From NCBI GenBank assembly GCA_021786705.1, contig JAJYMV010000055.1, positions 5,306 through 69,305 of the forward strand: DNA of 64,000 nt. The letters are read 5' to 3'. Source of the DNA: a bacterium. GTDB lineage: Bacteria > Vulcanimicrobiota > Vulcanimicrobiia > Vulcanimicrobiales > Vulcanimicrobiaceae. A program made the translations under genes and the position numbers. Shown here one piece after another: positions 1-9,974 of the stretch. The notes below the pieces were generated by a model. It ran no database searches. It saw nothing but the letters and a program-made list of their open reading frames with translations, and was not told where the DNA came from. How positions within the stretch are numbered: the first letter of the stretch is position 1; the number at the start of each line of letters is the position of its first letter.

Positions 1-408
1 CTCCGCCGACTCCGTCGTCACGCCGAGAATGACGGGCACCGTTCCGCCGAGCGCGGTCTTAATCGCATCTTCATTCCCGACGCCGTTCTGCAACGAGACG
101 ATTGCCGTCGTCGGATTTAATTCGCCGGCAAAGGGACGCAGGGCTCGCAGCGTATCGACCGCTTTCACGAAGAGGAAGAGCACGTCGGAGGTAAAGAGGT
201 CGCGCGCTCGCCGTGCGATGCGGATGGGGCGGGGCTCGGCGTCGTTCACGCGAAGCCCTTCGCGCTCGAGCCCGGCCCGCACCGTTTCGTTCGATTCGAG
301 AATCGTAACGTCGGCGATTCCCGCAAGATGGAAGCCGAAGAGCGAGCCCATGGAGCCGCCCCCGATGAGGCCGATGCGCGGACGCGGATCGGGGTTATCG
401 CGGTGCAT
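1..408 (-). CDS. 2-dehydropantoate 2-reductase (ApbA/PanE family), N-terminal part, truncated by the window edge
   Basis: Reverse translation from ATG 408-406 gives MHRDNPDPRPRIGLIGGGSMGSLFGFHLAGIADVTILE...VLFLFVKAVDT...IVSLQNGVGNE. This is a Rossmann GxGxxG N-terminus plus the LQNG motif typical of ketopantoate reductases. It has no stop inside the window, so it is absent from the ORF track. Confidence 0.6.
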   Translation of the reverse strand, partial: MHRDNPDPRPRIGLIGGGSMGSLFGFHLAGIADVTILESNETVRAGLEREGLRVNDAEPRPIRIARRARDLFTSDVLFLFVKAVDTLRALRPFAGELNPTTAIVSLQNGVGNEDAIKTALGGTVPVILGVTTESAE

Positions 409-1888
409 CGGTGAACTCGACACCGTAGACGTTCCGTCGCTGCGCGTGGAGGATGTCGCGCTCGCCGAAAAAGAGGCGCACGTTCGGCGCGACGCGCAGT
501 TTCGTCGAGAGGTCGAGCATCGGCCGTGCGACGTCGTAGAGCTTGGTCGAAAAGCCCACCGCACCGCGCGAATAGTCGCCGAGCACACCGAGCCGCGAAT
601 AGAGAATTCCGCCGCCGAAATAGAGCCCGGGTCCGACGCGTCGCACCGCTGCGAGATCGAGCGTCGTCGTGCCGCTTCCCAGATCGTTCGCACCGAGGAT
701 GAATTGTGTCGGTGCATTCGGCAGAAAACGCAGGGCGAGCGAACTGTTCGGCCCACGCGAAGGACCGAGCAGCGGCGAGCCTCCGCCGACGCGTTCGGGT
801 GCGTAGCCGCTGATCCGCACTCGCGCCGATACCAACGAAAAGCCTCTGCGGCGTGCCCGCGGTGCGGCCGTTCCCCCGTCGCGCCGATCGCCCGTTCGCA
901 GGTGCCCACCGAGAGCTCCGAGCAGGGAGTTCGCTCGCTGCGAGGTCTCGTCGAGGTTCCGAATGGTATCGCGAAGGCGGCGTTGCGTCGTCGGATCGCC
1001 GGTAATGCCCTCCATATCGGTCGCCATCTTCTTCAGCTTCGCACTCGCTTCGGCGATATTCGTCGTCGTCGCCAAGACGTTGCCTTTAAAGGCCGGATCG
1101 CTCGCGATACTCGCAACGATCTGCATCGTCGAATTGAGCGCCGTCGCGGTGCCTTGGATCTGCGCGAGCGTCTCGTTCAGGCGATTCGAGTTCCCACGAA
1201 CGGTCTGGTCGAGCGCGCTGGTCATCGAAACGATGTGACCGCTGGCAATCGTTAAGTTGCTCTGTAAATCGGTTGCAATCGCGTTGCTCTGGGCGGCGAG
1301 CCGTGCCACCGCAGTACTCGCCGTCGCGGTGAGGGCGTTGGTGTTTTCGAGCGTTCGTTGAAGCTCGTCGAGCAATTTTGGTTCTCGCTTGGCGACATCG
1401 GCGAGCACGCCGTTGAGCACCTTTAATTGCCCCTGCCCCTCGGCGACGAGATCGGCGATCGTCGCGGTGTTGGTTCCCTGCGGCTGCTCGGAGATCGGCA
1501 GAACGCCCGGCGGGATAATTTCGGGTTGTTCGCCGGGCTCGGGGCGAGGCGGCACGATCAGGAGGCTCGGATCGCCGGTCAAGGGAGCCTGAATGAGGAA
1601 GCGCGACTCGCTCGGAATGCGCACCGCCTGCCCTCCGACGTGCGGCTTGATCGCGAGGATGACGTCGACCGTCGTATCCGGGAGCAACTTGATGCTCTCG
1701 ACGCTTCCGACGGCGACGCCGCTGAAAAAGACCTGCGCGCCTGAATGGAGCCCCGCCGCGGAGCGAAAATGCACGCCGATTCGATAGCCCGAGTGCCTTG
1801 TACCGAAATCGGTGATGACGTAAAAGAACGCAAAGAGCAGGGCGAGCGCCGCCAGCGCGAAGGCTCCTACTTGTGCTTGCTTCGACAT
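395..1888 (-). CDS. mlaD: MlaD/MCE-domain protein, long form (TM + MCE domain + long helical region + beta-rich C-terminus)
   Basis: Start refined to ATG 1888 (MSKQAQVGAFALAALALLFAFFYVI = TM helix). MCE-like YRIGVHFRSAAGLHSGAQVFFSGVAVGSVESIKL follows. Sits directly downstream of mlaF and mlaE. 497 aa. Confidence 0.8.
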   Translation of the reverse strand: MSKQAQVGAFALAALALLFAFFYVITDFGTRHSGYRIGVHFRSAAGLHSGAQVFFSGVAVGSVESIKLLPDTTVDVILAIKPHVGGQAVRIPSESRFLIQAPLTGDPSLLIVPPRPEPGEQPEIIPPGVLPISEQPQGTNTATIADLVAEGQGQLKVLNGVLADVAKREPKLLDELQRTLENTNALTATASTAVARLAAQSNAIATDLQSNLTIASGHIVSMTSALDQTVRGNSNRLNETLAQIQGTATALNSTMQIVASIASDPAFKGNVLATTTNIAEASAKLKKMATDMEGITGDPTTQRRLRDTIRNLDETSQRANSLLGALGGHLRTGDRRDGGTAAPRARRRGFSLVSARVRISGYAPERVGGGSPLLGPSRGPNSSLALRFLPNAPTQFILGANDLGSGTTTLDLAAVRRVGPGLYFGGGILYSRLGVLGDYSRGAVGFSTKLYDVARPMLDLSTKLRVAPNVRLFFGERDILHAQRRNVYGVEFTDAPR

Positions 1889-1901
1889 ACTCGCCTCCCT
1901 T

Positions 1902-2660
1902 CTACACCGGTATCGGCCCGACCTCACTACCGGTGAGGAACTGCTGAACGAACGGATTGGTCGAGGTGCGTATCTCCTCGCGCGGTCCGTAGGCGATGAT
2001 CGCTCCCTCGAAGAGCATCGCAACGTAGTCCGCCATCCGGAAAATCGAGTGGAGATCGTGCGAGATCACCACCGCGGTGCCGCCAAGCTTCTCTCGGAGG
2101 CGGAGGATCGTATCGGTAATGAGGTTGGTGACGATCGGGTCGAGCCCGGTCGTCGGCTCGTCGTAGAGCACCAGCTCCGGGCGCGTCACGATCGCGCGGG
2201 CAAAGCCGGCGCGTTTGAGCATTCCACCGGAGAGTTCGTTCGGCAAACTGTCGTAGACGTGGCGCAAGCCGACGCTCTCGAGTGCGTCGTCGACGATATG
2301 CTGGATCTTTTCATCGGGAAGCGCGGTATGCTCCCGCAACGGCAACCCGACGTTCTCACCGATGGTGAGGCTATCGAGCAACGCGGCAAACTGAAATGCG
2401 AGGCTCGTTTTCTGCCGGAGTTCGACGAGATCGCGCTCCGGAGTGTGGCAGAGATCGTGCCCGTCGACATACACGTGGCCGCTCGATGGTTCTATGAGTC
2501 CGTCGAGCAAGCGAAGGATCGTGGATTTCCCGGCACCCGAGAGCCCGACGATGCAGGTAATCGCACCGCGAACGATCTTCAGGTTACAGTTTTTCAGGAT
2601 GACATGTTCTCCGAAGGAGAGCGTCACATCGTCCAGGCTGGCATAGATCGTCGGTTCCAT
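1902..2660 (-). CDS. mlaF: ABC transporter ATP-binding protein, MlaF-like
   Basis: Walker A GLSGAGKST, ABC signature LSGGMLKR, Walker B LVLYDEPTTGLD. Adjacent to an MlaE-type permease. Confidence 0.9.
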   Translation of the reverse strand: MEPTIYASLDDVTLSFGEHVILKNCNLKIVRGAITCIVGLSGAGKSTILRLLDGLIEPSSGHVYVDGHDLCHTPERDLVELRQKTSLAFQFAALLDSLTIGENVGLPLREHTALPDEKIQHIVDDALESVGLRHVYDSLPNELSGGMLKRAGFARAIVTRPELVLYDEPTTGLDPIVTNLITDTILRLREKLGGTAVVISHDLHSIFRMADYVAMLFEGAIIAYGPREEIRTSTNPFVQQFLTGSEVGPIPV

Positions 2661-2663
2661 CGG

Positions 2664-3440
2664 TTAATGCCCACCGAAGAGCAGGTAGCTCATAACGAAA
2701 TTCGTCCCAAAGATGAGAATGATCGAGATCACGACCGCGCTCGTCGTAGCTCGGCCGACGCCCGCCGCACCGCCGCGCGTCGAGAGCCCTTGATAGCAAC
2801 CGACGAAGGCGATAATACATGCGAAAATCAGTGCTTTGAGGAGCCCTTTAACGACATCCTCGAAGCCGACGGCCTGACGGGCCGAGGAGATGAACGAGGC
2901 GGGATTGATGTGCGCGTAGGCTTGCGCGATCCACATGCCGCCGAGAATCGAAATGATGTCGGCGAAGACCGTCAGCAACGGCAGCATGATCGCAAGCGCC
3001 AGCAATCGCGGAACGACGAGAAAGCGTACCGGCGAGAGCCCCATCGAACGGAGCGCGTCGATCTGTTCGGTTACCACCATCGATCCGATCTCGGCGGCGA
3101 TCGCCGAGCCGACGCGTCCGGCAACGACCACCGCCGTGAGCATCGGGCCGAGCTCGCGGACCGAGGTATAGGTTACCGCGCCGCCGACGAGGCTCCCGAT
3201 TCCGAACTGCACCGCTTGTTGTGCGGACTCCAGCGAGATCACCATCCCGGTAAAGAGCGACGTTAACAGGACGATCAGCAGCGAGCCGATGCCGAGTTCG
3301 TAGGCCTGAACGAAGGTCTCGGCATAGCGAATCTGCGCGTGCACCAGCGAGCGAATGCTCTCGCCGATGAGCGCCATCATGCCACCGAGGTACTCGAGAA
3401 ACGCAATCGTCTGTTCGCCGAAGCGTTCGAGGATGCGCAT
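2664..3440 (-). CDS. mlaE: ABC transporter permease, MlaE family
   Basis: 258-aa polytopic membrane protein with the MlaE-like core VRELGPMLTAVVVAGRVGSAIAAEIGSMVVTEQIDALRSMG. Confidence 0.9.
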   Translation of the reverse strand: MRILERFGEQTIAFLEYLGGMMALIGESIRSLVHAQIRYAETFVQAYELGIGSLLIVLLTSLFTGMVISLESAQQAVQFGIGSLVGGAVTYTSVRELGPMLTAVVVAGRVGSAIAAEIGSMVVTEQIDALRSMGLSPVRFLVVPRLLALAIMLPLLTVFADIISILGGMWIAQAYAHINPASFISSARQAVGFEDVVKGLLKALIFACIIAFVGCYQGLSTRGGAAGVGRATTSAVVISIILIFGTNFVMSYLLFGGH

Positions 3441-3443
3441 CGC

Positions 3444-3770
3444 CTACGCCGACGCCTCGTCGAGGAGACCGAGCATCGCCCCGATGTTCTCCAAGCGTTT
3501 GACCGCTACGTTCCGTTCGGCGGTGAAGTTCAGCTGCGCCTGTGCCAGCTCTGCGAGCCGACGATCGAGATCGCGTAACTGCGTCCGCGTCTGCGTGTCG
3601 AAGCCGGCGAAATATCGCCGTAGAGCCCGGCGATAGGCCTCTTCCATCTCTCGCGTCGGCGCTCCGGTATCGAGCGCCTTGCCGACTCGCTCGTGCAGCG
3701 AGCGAATCGCCGCCTCGCTAAAATGGAAGGCGGCCGCGCGTTCGTACAGCGTCCGAAGGTCAGCTTCCAC
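3444..3770 (-). CDS. hypothetical helical protein, first gene of the mla run
   Basis: 108 codons from GTG 3770. High third-position GC. 3-nt gap to mlaE. No family recognised. Confidence 0.5.
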   Translation of the reverse strand: MEADLRTLYERAAAFHFSEAAIRSLHERVGKALDTGAPTREMEEAYRRALRRYFAGFDTQTRTQLRDLDRRLAELAQAQLNFTAERNVAVKRLENIGAMLGLLDEASA

Positions 3771-4497
3771 GCGTACCTTCCTCGATCGCTTTTTTTTGAA
3801 TCTCGAATAATTCGCCGATTCCCTTCGAGGCCAATTCCAGCATCCGATCGAGCTCCGAGCGCCCGAACGGTTCTGCCTCGGCCGTTCCCTGTAACTCGAC
3901 GTATCGGCCCGCGTCGGTCATAAAGACGTTCATATCCACGTGCGCGCTGCTGTCTTCTTCGTAATTCAAATCGAGCATCGGCGTCCCATTGACGATGCCG
4001 ACGCTGATCGCACCGACCAATCCGAGCATCGGCCAACGGTTGCGCTCGGCCTTGGAAAATCGCTTCGATAATGCGATCGAGAGCGCGACGCAGGCTCCGG
4101 TGAGCGACGCCGTTCGGGTGCCGCCGTCGGCCTGAAGAACGTCGCAATCGATCGTGATCGTTCGTTCGCCCAATTTCACGGTGTCGACGATCGCTCGCAG
4201 TGAACGGCCGATGATCCGCTGGATCTCGTGCGTGCGCCCGCCTTGCCGACCTTTCGAGGCCTCGCGGGTGGTTCGCTCGCTCGTCGCTCGGGGGAGCATC
4301 GCGTACTCCGCGGTGATCCAGCCGAGCCCTTTCCCTTTCAGCCAGGGCGGGACGCGCTCTTCGAGCGTCGCCGCACAGAGCACGCGCGTACGACCGACCT
4401 CGATCAGTGCGGAGCCTTCGGCGAAGTCGAGCGGATTGGGCGTGATGCGCACCGGGCGAAGTTGGTCGGGGGCGCGTCCGTCATTTCTTTGCACCAC
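3760..4497 (-). CDS. rph: ribonuclease PH
   Basis: RNase PH-like over its full length: [12 protein letters not shown]...[16 protein letters not shown]...[13 protein letters not shown]...[14 protein letters not shown]. Confidence 0.95.
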   Translation of the reverse strand: MVQRNDGRAPDQLRPVRITPNPLDFAEGSALIEVGRTRVLCAATLEERVPPWLKGKGLGWITAEYAMLPRATSERTTREASKGRQGGRTHEIQRIIGRSLRAIVDTVKLGERTITIDCDVLQADGGTRTASLTGACVALSIALSKRFSKAERNRWPMLGLVGAISVGIVNGTPMLDLNYEEDSSAHVDMNVFMTDAGRYVELQGTAEAEPFGRSELDRMLELASKGIGELFEIQKKAIEEGTRGS

Positions 4498-4508
4498 CCC
4501 AGGCTTCG

Positions 4509-6347
4509 CTATTCGACGGTGACGGTCTTTGCGAGATTCCGCGGTTGATCCACATCTTTGCCGTCGAGATCGGCGATGTGGTAGGCCAGGAGCTGCAAGG
4601 GGATCACGTTGACGATCGGGGCGAGCAACTCGTCGACCTTCGGCACCCAGAACACGTGGTCTGCGACCGAGGCGGCCTCGTCGTCGCCATGATTTGCGAC
4701 CACGATCACCGGGGCTTCGCGAGCACGCGATTCCATCAAGTTCGAGAGCATTTTATCGCGCACGCGTCCGTGCGTCACCACGCCGATCACCGGGACGCTC
4801 GCATCGAGGAGCGCGATCGGCCCGTGCTTCATCTCGCCGGCGGCATAGCCCTCGGCATGCAGGTAGGCGATCTCCTTCAGTTTGAGCGCGCCCTCCAAGG
4901 CCGTGGGATAGTTGATATAGCGACCGATGAAGAGCGCGCTGTGCGCCTTGCGAATCTTCTTTGCGACCTTGCGAATATCGTTACTGGCATTGAGGACCGC
5001 GTCGACCGCCGCGGGCAACAGGCGCGTCCCTTCGGCGATCTCTCGGATGCGTTCGAGCGGCGCCGTCTTTCGAAGCCGCGCGAGGTAGAGAGCGAAGAGC
5101 GTCATCGCCGTTACTTGTGCGACGTAGGTTTTGGTCGCGGCGACGCCGATCTCGGGCCCGCTGCGCGTGAAGAGCGTTGCGTCGACGACGCGCGTCAAAT
5201 GCGAGCCGAGTTTATTGCAGACGCCAAGAACGGCACTGCCGGCCGAGCGAGCGACGCGAACGGCTTCGACGGTATCGGCGGTCTCGCCCGATTGCGACAT
5301 CGCAATCGTGAGTGCCGATGCATCGATCACCGGGTCGCCGTACCGAAACTCACTCGCCAATTCCATCTCGACGGGAAGCCGCACGAGCGAACGGAGCAAG
5401 TACATGCCGACCATCCCGGCGTAAAATGCCGTCCCGCAGCCGGTGATGGCGATCTTCCCGATCGAAGCGAGCCGATCGTCGAGCCCCTGCAACTCGTTCT
5501 CGAGCCGCACGTCGAGAGCGTCGTCGATGCGCCCGGCCAAGGTCTCTTTGATGACGTTAGGTTGCTCGAAGATCTCCTTGAGCATGAAGTGCTTGAAGCC
5601 GCCCTTTTCGGCGGAGCTCGCATCCCAGGTCACTAGCGACACCTTGCGATCGACGCGGTTGCCTTCGTAATCGGTAATCACGACGCTCTCGCTCCCGACC
5701 ACCGCCATCTCGCCCTCTTCTAGGACGATCTCTTTACGCGTGTACGGCAGAATCGCCGGCGTGTCGGAGGCGACGAACATCTCGCCTTCGCCGAACCCGA
5801 TGACCAGCGGGCTCGCACCGTTTCGCGCGAAGACCAAATGCTCGGGGCTCTCGCTGCTCATCACACCCAGCGCATAGGCGCCGACGACTTCGCGAAGGGT
5901 GCGCCGCACCGCCGCGGGGAGATCGCCGTCGTAATGCTGCTCGATGAGGTGCGCGAGGACCTCGGTGTCGGTCTCGCTGGCAAAATGGTGTCCGCGTTCG
6001 ATTAACCCGGCGCGTAGCGTCGCATAATTCTCGATAATGCCGTTATGGACCACCGCGATTCGGCCGCTGCAATCGAGGTGTGGATGTGCGTTAGCGTCGG
6101 AAGGGCGCCCGTGCGTCGCCCAGCGCGTGTGTCCGAGTCCGATCCGTCCGGCGACGTGTGCGTCGCTCTGGAGTCGCTCCGAAAGGCGCGCCAGTTTCCC
6201 TTCCGCTTTCGAGCCGACGAGGCGACCGCTATCGTCGATTGCGGCGACCCCGGCGCTATCGTATCCGCGGTACTCTAGGCGCGAGAGCGCGTCGAGAAGG
6301 AACGGAACTGCATTTTTTGGCCCGACGTACCCGACGATCCCGCACAT
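4509..6347 (-). CDS. glmS: glutamine--fructose-6-phosphate aminotransferase
   Basis: MCGIVGY N-terminal nucleophile, two SIS domains, C-terminal NLAKTVTVE. 612 aa. Confidence 0.97.
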   Translation of the reverse strand: MCGIVGYVGPKNAVPFLLDALSRLEYRGYDSAGVAAIDDSGRLVGSKAEGKLARLSERLQSDAHVAGRIGLGHTRWATHGRPSDANAHPHLDCSGRIAVVHNGIIENYATLRAGLIERGHHFASETDTEVLAHLIEQHYDGDLPAAVRRTLREVVGAYALGVMSSESPEHLVFARNGASPLVIGFGEGEMFVASDTPAILPYTRKEIVLEEGEMAVVGSESVVITDYEGNRVDRKVSLVTWDASSAEKGGFKHFMLKEIFEQPNVIKETLAGRIDDALDVRLENELQGLDDRLASIGKIAITGCGTAFYAGMVGMYLLRSLVRLPVEMELASEFRYGDPVIDASALTIAMSQSGETADTVEAVRVARSAGSAVLGVCNKLGSHLTRVVDATLFTRSGPEIGVAATKTYVAQVTAMTLFALYLARLRKTAPLERIREIAEGTRLLPAAVDAVLNASNDIRKVAKKIRKAHSALFIGRYINYPTALEGALKLKEIAYLHAEGYAAGEMKHGPIALLDASVPVIGVVTHGRVRDKMLSNLMESRAREAPVIVVANHGDDEAASVADHVFWVPKVDELLAPIVNVIPLQLLAYHIADLDGKDVDQPRNLAKTVTVE

Positions 6348-6353
6348 AATCGA

Positions 6354-6626
6354 CTATTTGATGCCTTCGCGCGTGCGCGTGTACTCAATCTTTCCCGCGG
6401 CGATTTCGTCGAGCGCGATCGAGACGGGCTTATTGCGGTTCGCCGCATCGCGATCGACCAGTGGCTCGCTGGCGAAATATTCGCGGCGTTCCATCGGAGG
6501 AGTCTCTTCCATGCGTATCCAGTTATTGAGTTGGCGGGCGCGCATCATGGCGATGTTCACCAGGGTGAATTTCGAATCCGCGTGCTCCATGAGGCCGTCG
6601 AGGTCGCCGAATATACGTTTGCTCAT
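6354..6626 (-). CDS. rpoZ: DNA-directed RNA polymerase subunit omega
   Basis: 90 aa with SKFTLVNIAMMRARQL. Conserved position downstream of gmk. Confidence 0.85.
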   Translation of the reverse strand: MSKRIFGDLDGLMEHADSKFTLVNIAMMRARQLNNWIRMEETPPMERREYFASEPLVDRDAANRNKPVSIALDEIAAGKIEYTRTREGIK

Positions 6627-6656
6627 TGTTTTCCGGTCCGTTCTATACGAGTGTGA

Positions 6657-7307
6657 TTACGATTGGGTGACGCTCGCGAGCGAGTCGTCGGGAAGGCGGT
6701 GAATCCGCATGCGTTCGGCTCGGAAGATCGCGGCGAGGTCGTCGACGGCTTCCTCCGAGCGTTGTTCTTGATTGACCACCAGGTAATCGAAGCTTCGAAT
6801 ATACCTGATCTCTTCGTGCGCGATCGCCAGGCGTCGCGCGATCTCTTCATTGCTTTCGGTTCGCCGCTCCAACAATCGTCGGCGCAAGTTCGAGAATTTA
6901 TCGGGCAGGATGAAGATCGAGACGGCCTCGGGGAAGGCGCGCACGATAGCCATCGCCCCATTGACTTCCGGTTTCATGACCACGTCGAAACCCTCGCGAA
7001 GCGTTCCCTCGATGTAGGAACGCGGCGTTCCGTACGCGTTGCCGTTATACTCTCGCCATTCGAGGAAGCCCCCGGCGGCGAGGCGCGCTTCGAACTCCTC
7101 GCGCGTGATAAAGAAATAGTGTTCGCCGTCCCGTTCGCCCGGGCGCGGTTCTCTCGTCGTCGCAGAGACCGAATAGCGAAGCATCGGCATTCGTGCGCGA
7201 AGAGCATCGACCAAGGTGTCTTTCCCTGCGCCCGAGGGACCTGAAATAACAAAGAGCAAGCCCGGGCCGATAATCGCACGCCCTCCCACCGACGTTCTTT
7301 GCTTCAT
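6657..7307 (-). CDS. gmk: guanylate kinase
   Basis: Start refined to ATG 7307 (MKQRTS...). P-loop ISGPSGAGKDTL, SATTREPRPGE, EWREYNGNAYGT. Confidence 0.93.
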   Translation of the reverse strand: MKQRTSVGGRAIIGPGLLFVISGPSGAGKDTLVDALRARMPMLRYSVSATTREPRPGERDGEHYFFITREEFEARLAAGGFLEWREYNGNAYGTPRSYIEGTLREGFDVVMKPEVNGAMAIVRAFPEAVSIFILPDKFSNLRRRLLERRTESNEEIARRLAIAHEEIRYIRSFDYLVVNQEQRSEEAVDDLAAIFRAERMRIHRLPDDSLASVTQS

Positions 7308-7347
7308 ACGCCAAGCACGCCGAAAGCTCCTCGTCGTACGAGGGGCA

Positions 7348-7815
7348 TCAAACGACGCGGCAGAGCCGACGTTGCGCGAATTGGAGCACCTCGGGCGGGA
7401 GTACGTCGCTCGCCGAGCCGCTCCAACGGATCTCGTACGCCGTGGAATTCCGGATCGAAAAGAAGACCGCGATCTTGCCCGGCGGACGTTTGGCGACGAA
7501 GTCGATCTCGCCGGCGGCGCCCGGGCACTCCGCGAGCGCATGCGTTCCGCTCATCCTGCCGCCTCCCGGTGCGAGAACGACGCTCTCGAGAATATGCGTG
7601 GCGAGATCGGAGGGAGCGCCCTGGAAGGGCATCTGCGTCACCGAGACGCGCTCGCCGGGGTGCGCCGGAGAGATCCAGGAGCCCGCAGCGCTCCGGTGCC
7701 AGCCGACCGGCCCCGCCGCACCGCCGCACCCACTCAGGAGCAGCCCCGCCAGCAGCGCTGCTCCCCAAAGGCGGGTCGCGGAGGATGGAAGCGGAACGAA
7801 GGTGCGCGTGTTCAC
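7348..7815 (-). CDS. small lipoprotein, function unknown
   Basis: From GTG 7815: VNTRTFVPLPSSATRLWGAALLAGLLLSGCGG, a signal peptide with an LSGC lipobox. The upstream part of the track ORF is Arg-rich and looks non-coding. Start uncertain. Confidence 0.55.
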   Translation of the reverse strand: MNTRTFVPLPSSATRLWGAALLAGLLLSGCGGAAGPVGWHRSAAGSWISPAHPGERVSVTQMPFQGAPSDLATHILESVVLAPGGGRMSGTHALAECPGAAGEIDFVAKRPPGKIAVFFSIRNSTAYEIRWSGSASDVLPPEVLQFAQRRLCRVV

Positions 7816-9376
7816 GGATTGGCTGCTTCTGCGTCGATGCGCGCTTGAACTCCTCGGCGCGCTGCGCGGCGCTCGCTGCAGCGCGGCGTCGGAGAGCTTC
7901 GACCGTCGTCTTGTCCTGCGCTTCGAAGGCAGCGGCGGCGAGCGGCTCCTCGCCGCAGCATGCTTCGATCCGACGCCGACCGTCGCGTTCGTTCCCGCGC
8001 TTCCGCTTGAGGAGCGGCCTGGATTCGCGCGCGTTCTGCGCGACCGCCTCGTCGGTACGCGCGTCCTCGATATCTCGTCGCGACGGAACGAGCGCCTGCT
8101 CCGTCTGCGCATGGGTACGCGCTCCCGATTCGGTGTGGCGCGCTACCACGACCTCATCCTCGAACTCGTCCCACGCTTCGGAAACGCACTTCTTCTCAAC
8201 GAGGAAGCGCGCATCGTTTCCGCGCTCCAGCGTTTCGATGCGACCGCCAACGCGCGGCGGACGGCAATCGAAGGCGCTCCCTACGAACCGCCTCCGCTCG
8301 ACGAGCGATTGCGCATTCCGCGAACGATCGCTCGGGTGTACGGCGCCGATGCCGAGCGCGTCGTCGCGGAGATCGAGTCGTCGATCGAACGGATGACGGA
8401 GCTCTACGTCTACCGCGACGAGAGCGGCCGGTTACTTCAGGCACATCTCGTGCCGCTTCCCATGCCCTCGGCGATCGAAACCCGCGAAGCATCGCTGCTT
8501 GCACTCTTCGCCGAAATGCAGGCTCGGCCGAATGAAAAACAGGTCACTCAATCGGTTGCTACGCGCCGCGACCGGCTCGTCGCCCGTATCGGGAAGCGGC
8601 TCGCCGCCGACGAACGCGATGCCGCGCAGATACGCGCTCGACTCGACGAGATCACCGAACGCGAGGCATTGCGCGACGCCGGTGCGGCGATCTATGCCGG
8701 GCTCCACGAACGTCCGAGCGAGATGCATGAGGCGCTCAAAGGGGAGGCACGCAGCTATTTCGAGCGCTATCGTACGCTCGGGATCCGCGCCGAACGGCTC
8801 GAACCCGCGCTCGCGCGTTTAAAATCGCGCATCGAAAGCGCGCGGCTCTTGCAATGGGAGGCATCGAGGGTCGAACCCGAGCTGCTCGCCGAGGTAGAAC
8901 GCTCGTTTGTAGCCGCCTTCGAACCGCGCGCGGGCCGGGTCCGAATGCGACCGGCGAAAATCCCCAAACGCCTCCCACCGAGGGAGCTCCACCTGCGCCC
9001 CGGCGTGCGCGTGCTCATCGGAAGGTCGCCCGAACAGAACGCCGATCTCACGTTTCGGATCGCGCGTCCCGACGACCGCTGGTTTCATACCAAGAACGTT
9101 CCCGGCGCGCACGTCGTGTTACAGTGCGATACGGAGATTACCGAGGACGACGCGGCGATCGACATCGCCGCCGATTGCGCCGCCCTGTTTTCCAACGCGA
9201 GCGCGAGTGCGAAAGTCGACGTGGAGTATACACGCCGCAAGCACGTTCGAAAGCAGCGCGACGGCGCCCCCGGATTGGTCTTCTATACGAACGCGCGCGC
9301 GCGAGTCGGTATCCCCGAACGCGCGCGCGCCTATTTTTCCTCTACGGAAGCCGCGCCTCGCACGCCTTCCAATTGA
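7802..9376 (+). CDS. rqcH: RqcH / NFACT-family (FbpA-like) ribosome quality control protein
   Basis: NFACT-N-like N-terminus (FTDWLLLRRCALEL...RFEGSGGERLLAAACFDP...), a central coiled coil, and a C-terminal NFACT-R/DUF814 motif RWFHTKNVPGAHVVLQ. Start taken as GTG 7802 or 7808. Confidence 0.8.
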   Translation: MRVFTDWLLLRRCALELLGALRGARCSAASESFDRRLVLRFEGSGGERLLAAACFDPTPTVAFVPALPLEERPGFARVLRDRLVGTRVLDISSRRNERLLRLRMGTRSRFGVARYHDLILELVPRFGNALLLNEEARIVSALQRFDATANARRTAIEGAPYEPPPLDERLRIPRTIARVYGADAERVVAEIESSIERMTELYVYRDESGRLLQAHLVPLPMPSAIETREASLLALFAEMQARPNEKQVTQSVATRRDRLVARIGKRLAADERDAAQIRARLDEITEREALRDAGAAIYAGLHERPSEMHEALKGEARSYFERYRTLGIRAERLEPALARLKSRIESARLLQWEASRVEPELLAEVERSFVAAFEPRAGRVRMRPAKIPKRLPPRELHLRPGVRVLIGRSPEQNADLTFRIARPDDRWFHTKNVPGAHVVLQCDTEITEDDAAIDIAADCAALFSNASASAKVDVEYTRRKHVRKQRDGAPGLVFYTNARARVGIPERARAYFSSTEAAPRTPSN

Positions 9377-9929
9377 GGTTTGCAAAGAACGATTCGATAT
9401 ACTTTCCCCGCTCCGACGGTTTGTAGTCGCGGATGAACGCGTGCTCCCAAACGTCCATGACGACGAGCGGAACGAAGCCGGCCGGGTTGCCGATCTCATG
9501 CTCGGCGATCCAATGATTGCTCACCGCTTTTGCATGGGGGTCGTAGTACGCAATCGCCCAGCCGATGCCGCGCATGCCGCCGACTGCAGCGAAATCCTTT
9601 TTCCAAGCCTCGAACCCGCCGAAGCTCTCGCCTAGCAGGTTGTAGAGCTTTCCACCCGTGAGATCGCTCGAGCCCTTCGTCATATTATCGAAGTAATATT
9701 CGTGCAGGCGCATGCCGTTATATTCGAATCCCAGTCGACGAACCAGTTCGGCGAAAGCGGGATCGGCCCCGACGTTTTTCCCGGCGCTGCGGATCGTCGC
9801 GAGGTGCTCGTTGAGAAGGTTCGTGTTTTTCACGTAGCCCTCGTAGAGGCCGAAATGAATGTTCAGGGTGTCGTCCGAGATGCCGGTGAGCCCGGAGAGA
9901 TCCCATTTTTTCGGGGTGTATACGTGCAT
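9342..9929 (-). CDS. Fe/Mn-family superoxide dismutase (divergent N-terminal motif)
   Basis: C-terminal metal-ligand motif VMDVWEHAF, internal LHEYYF, N-terminal NIHFGLYEGYV. 195 aa. Confidence 0.85.
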   Translation of the reverse strand: MHVYTPKKWDLSGLTGISDDTLNIHFGLYEGYVKNTNLLNEHLATIRSAGKNVGADPAFAELVRRLGFEYNGMRLHEYYFDNMTKGSSDLTGGKLYNLLGESFGGFEAWKKDFAAVGGMRGIGWAIAYYDPHAKAVSNHWIAEHEIGNPAGFVPLVVMDVWEHAFIRDYKPSERGKYIESFFANLNWKACEARLP

Positions 9930-9974
9930 GCGAGTGACCTTTCTATACGTGGACGGTGTCTGAACGTGCTTTCG

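Noticed and set aside
29-1255. 408-aa plus-strand ORF at the window start
   Set aside because: It is antisense to the panE-like and mlaD genes. It is Arg/Ser/Pro-rich with no motifs.
6347-6354. glmS ribozyme upstream of glmS
   Set aside because: Only 6 nt separate the rpoZ stop from the glmS start. There is no room for the ~170-nt ribozyme.
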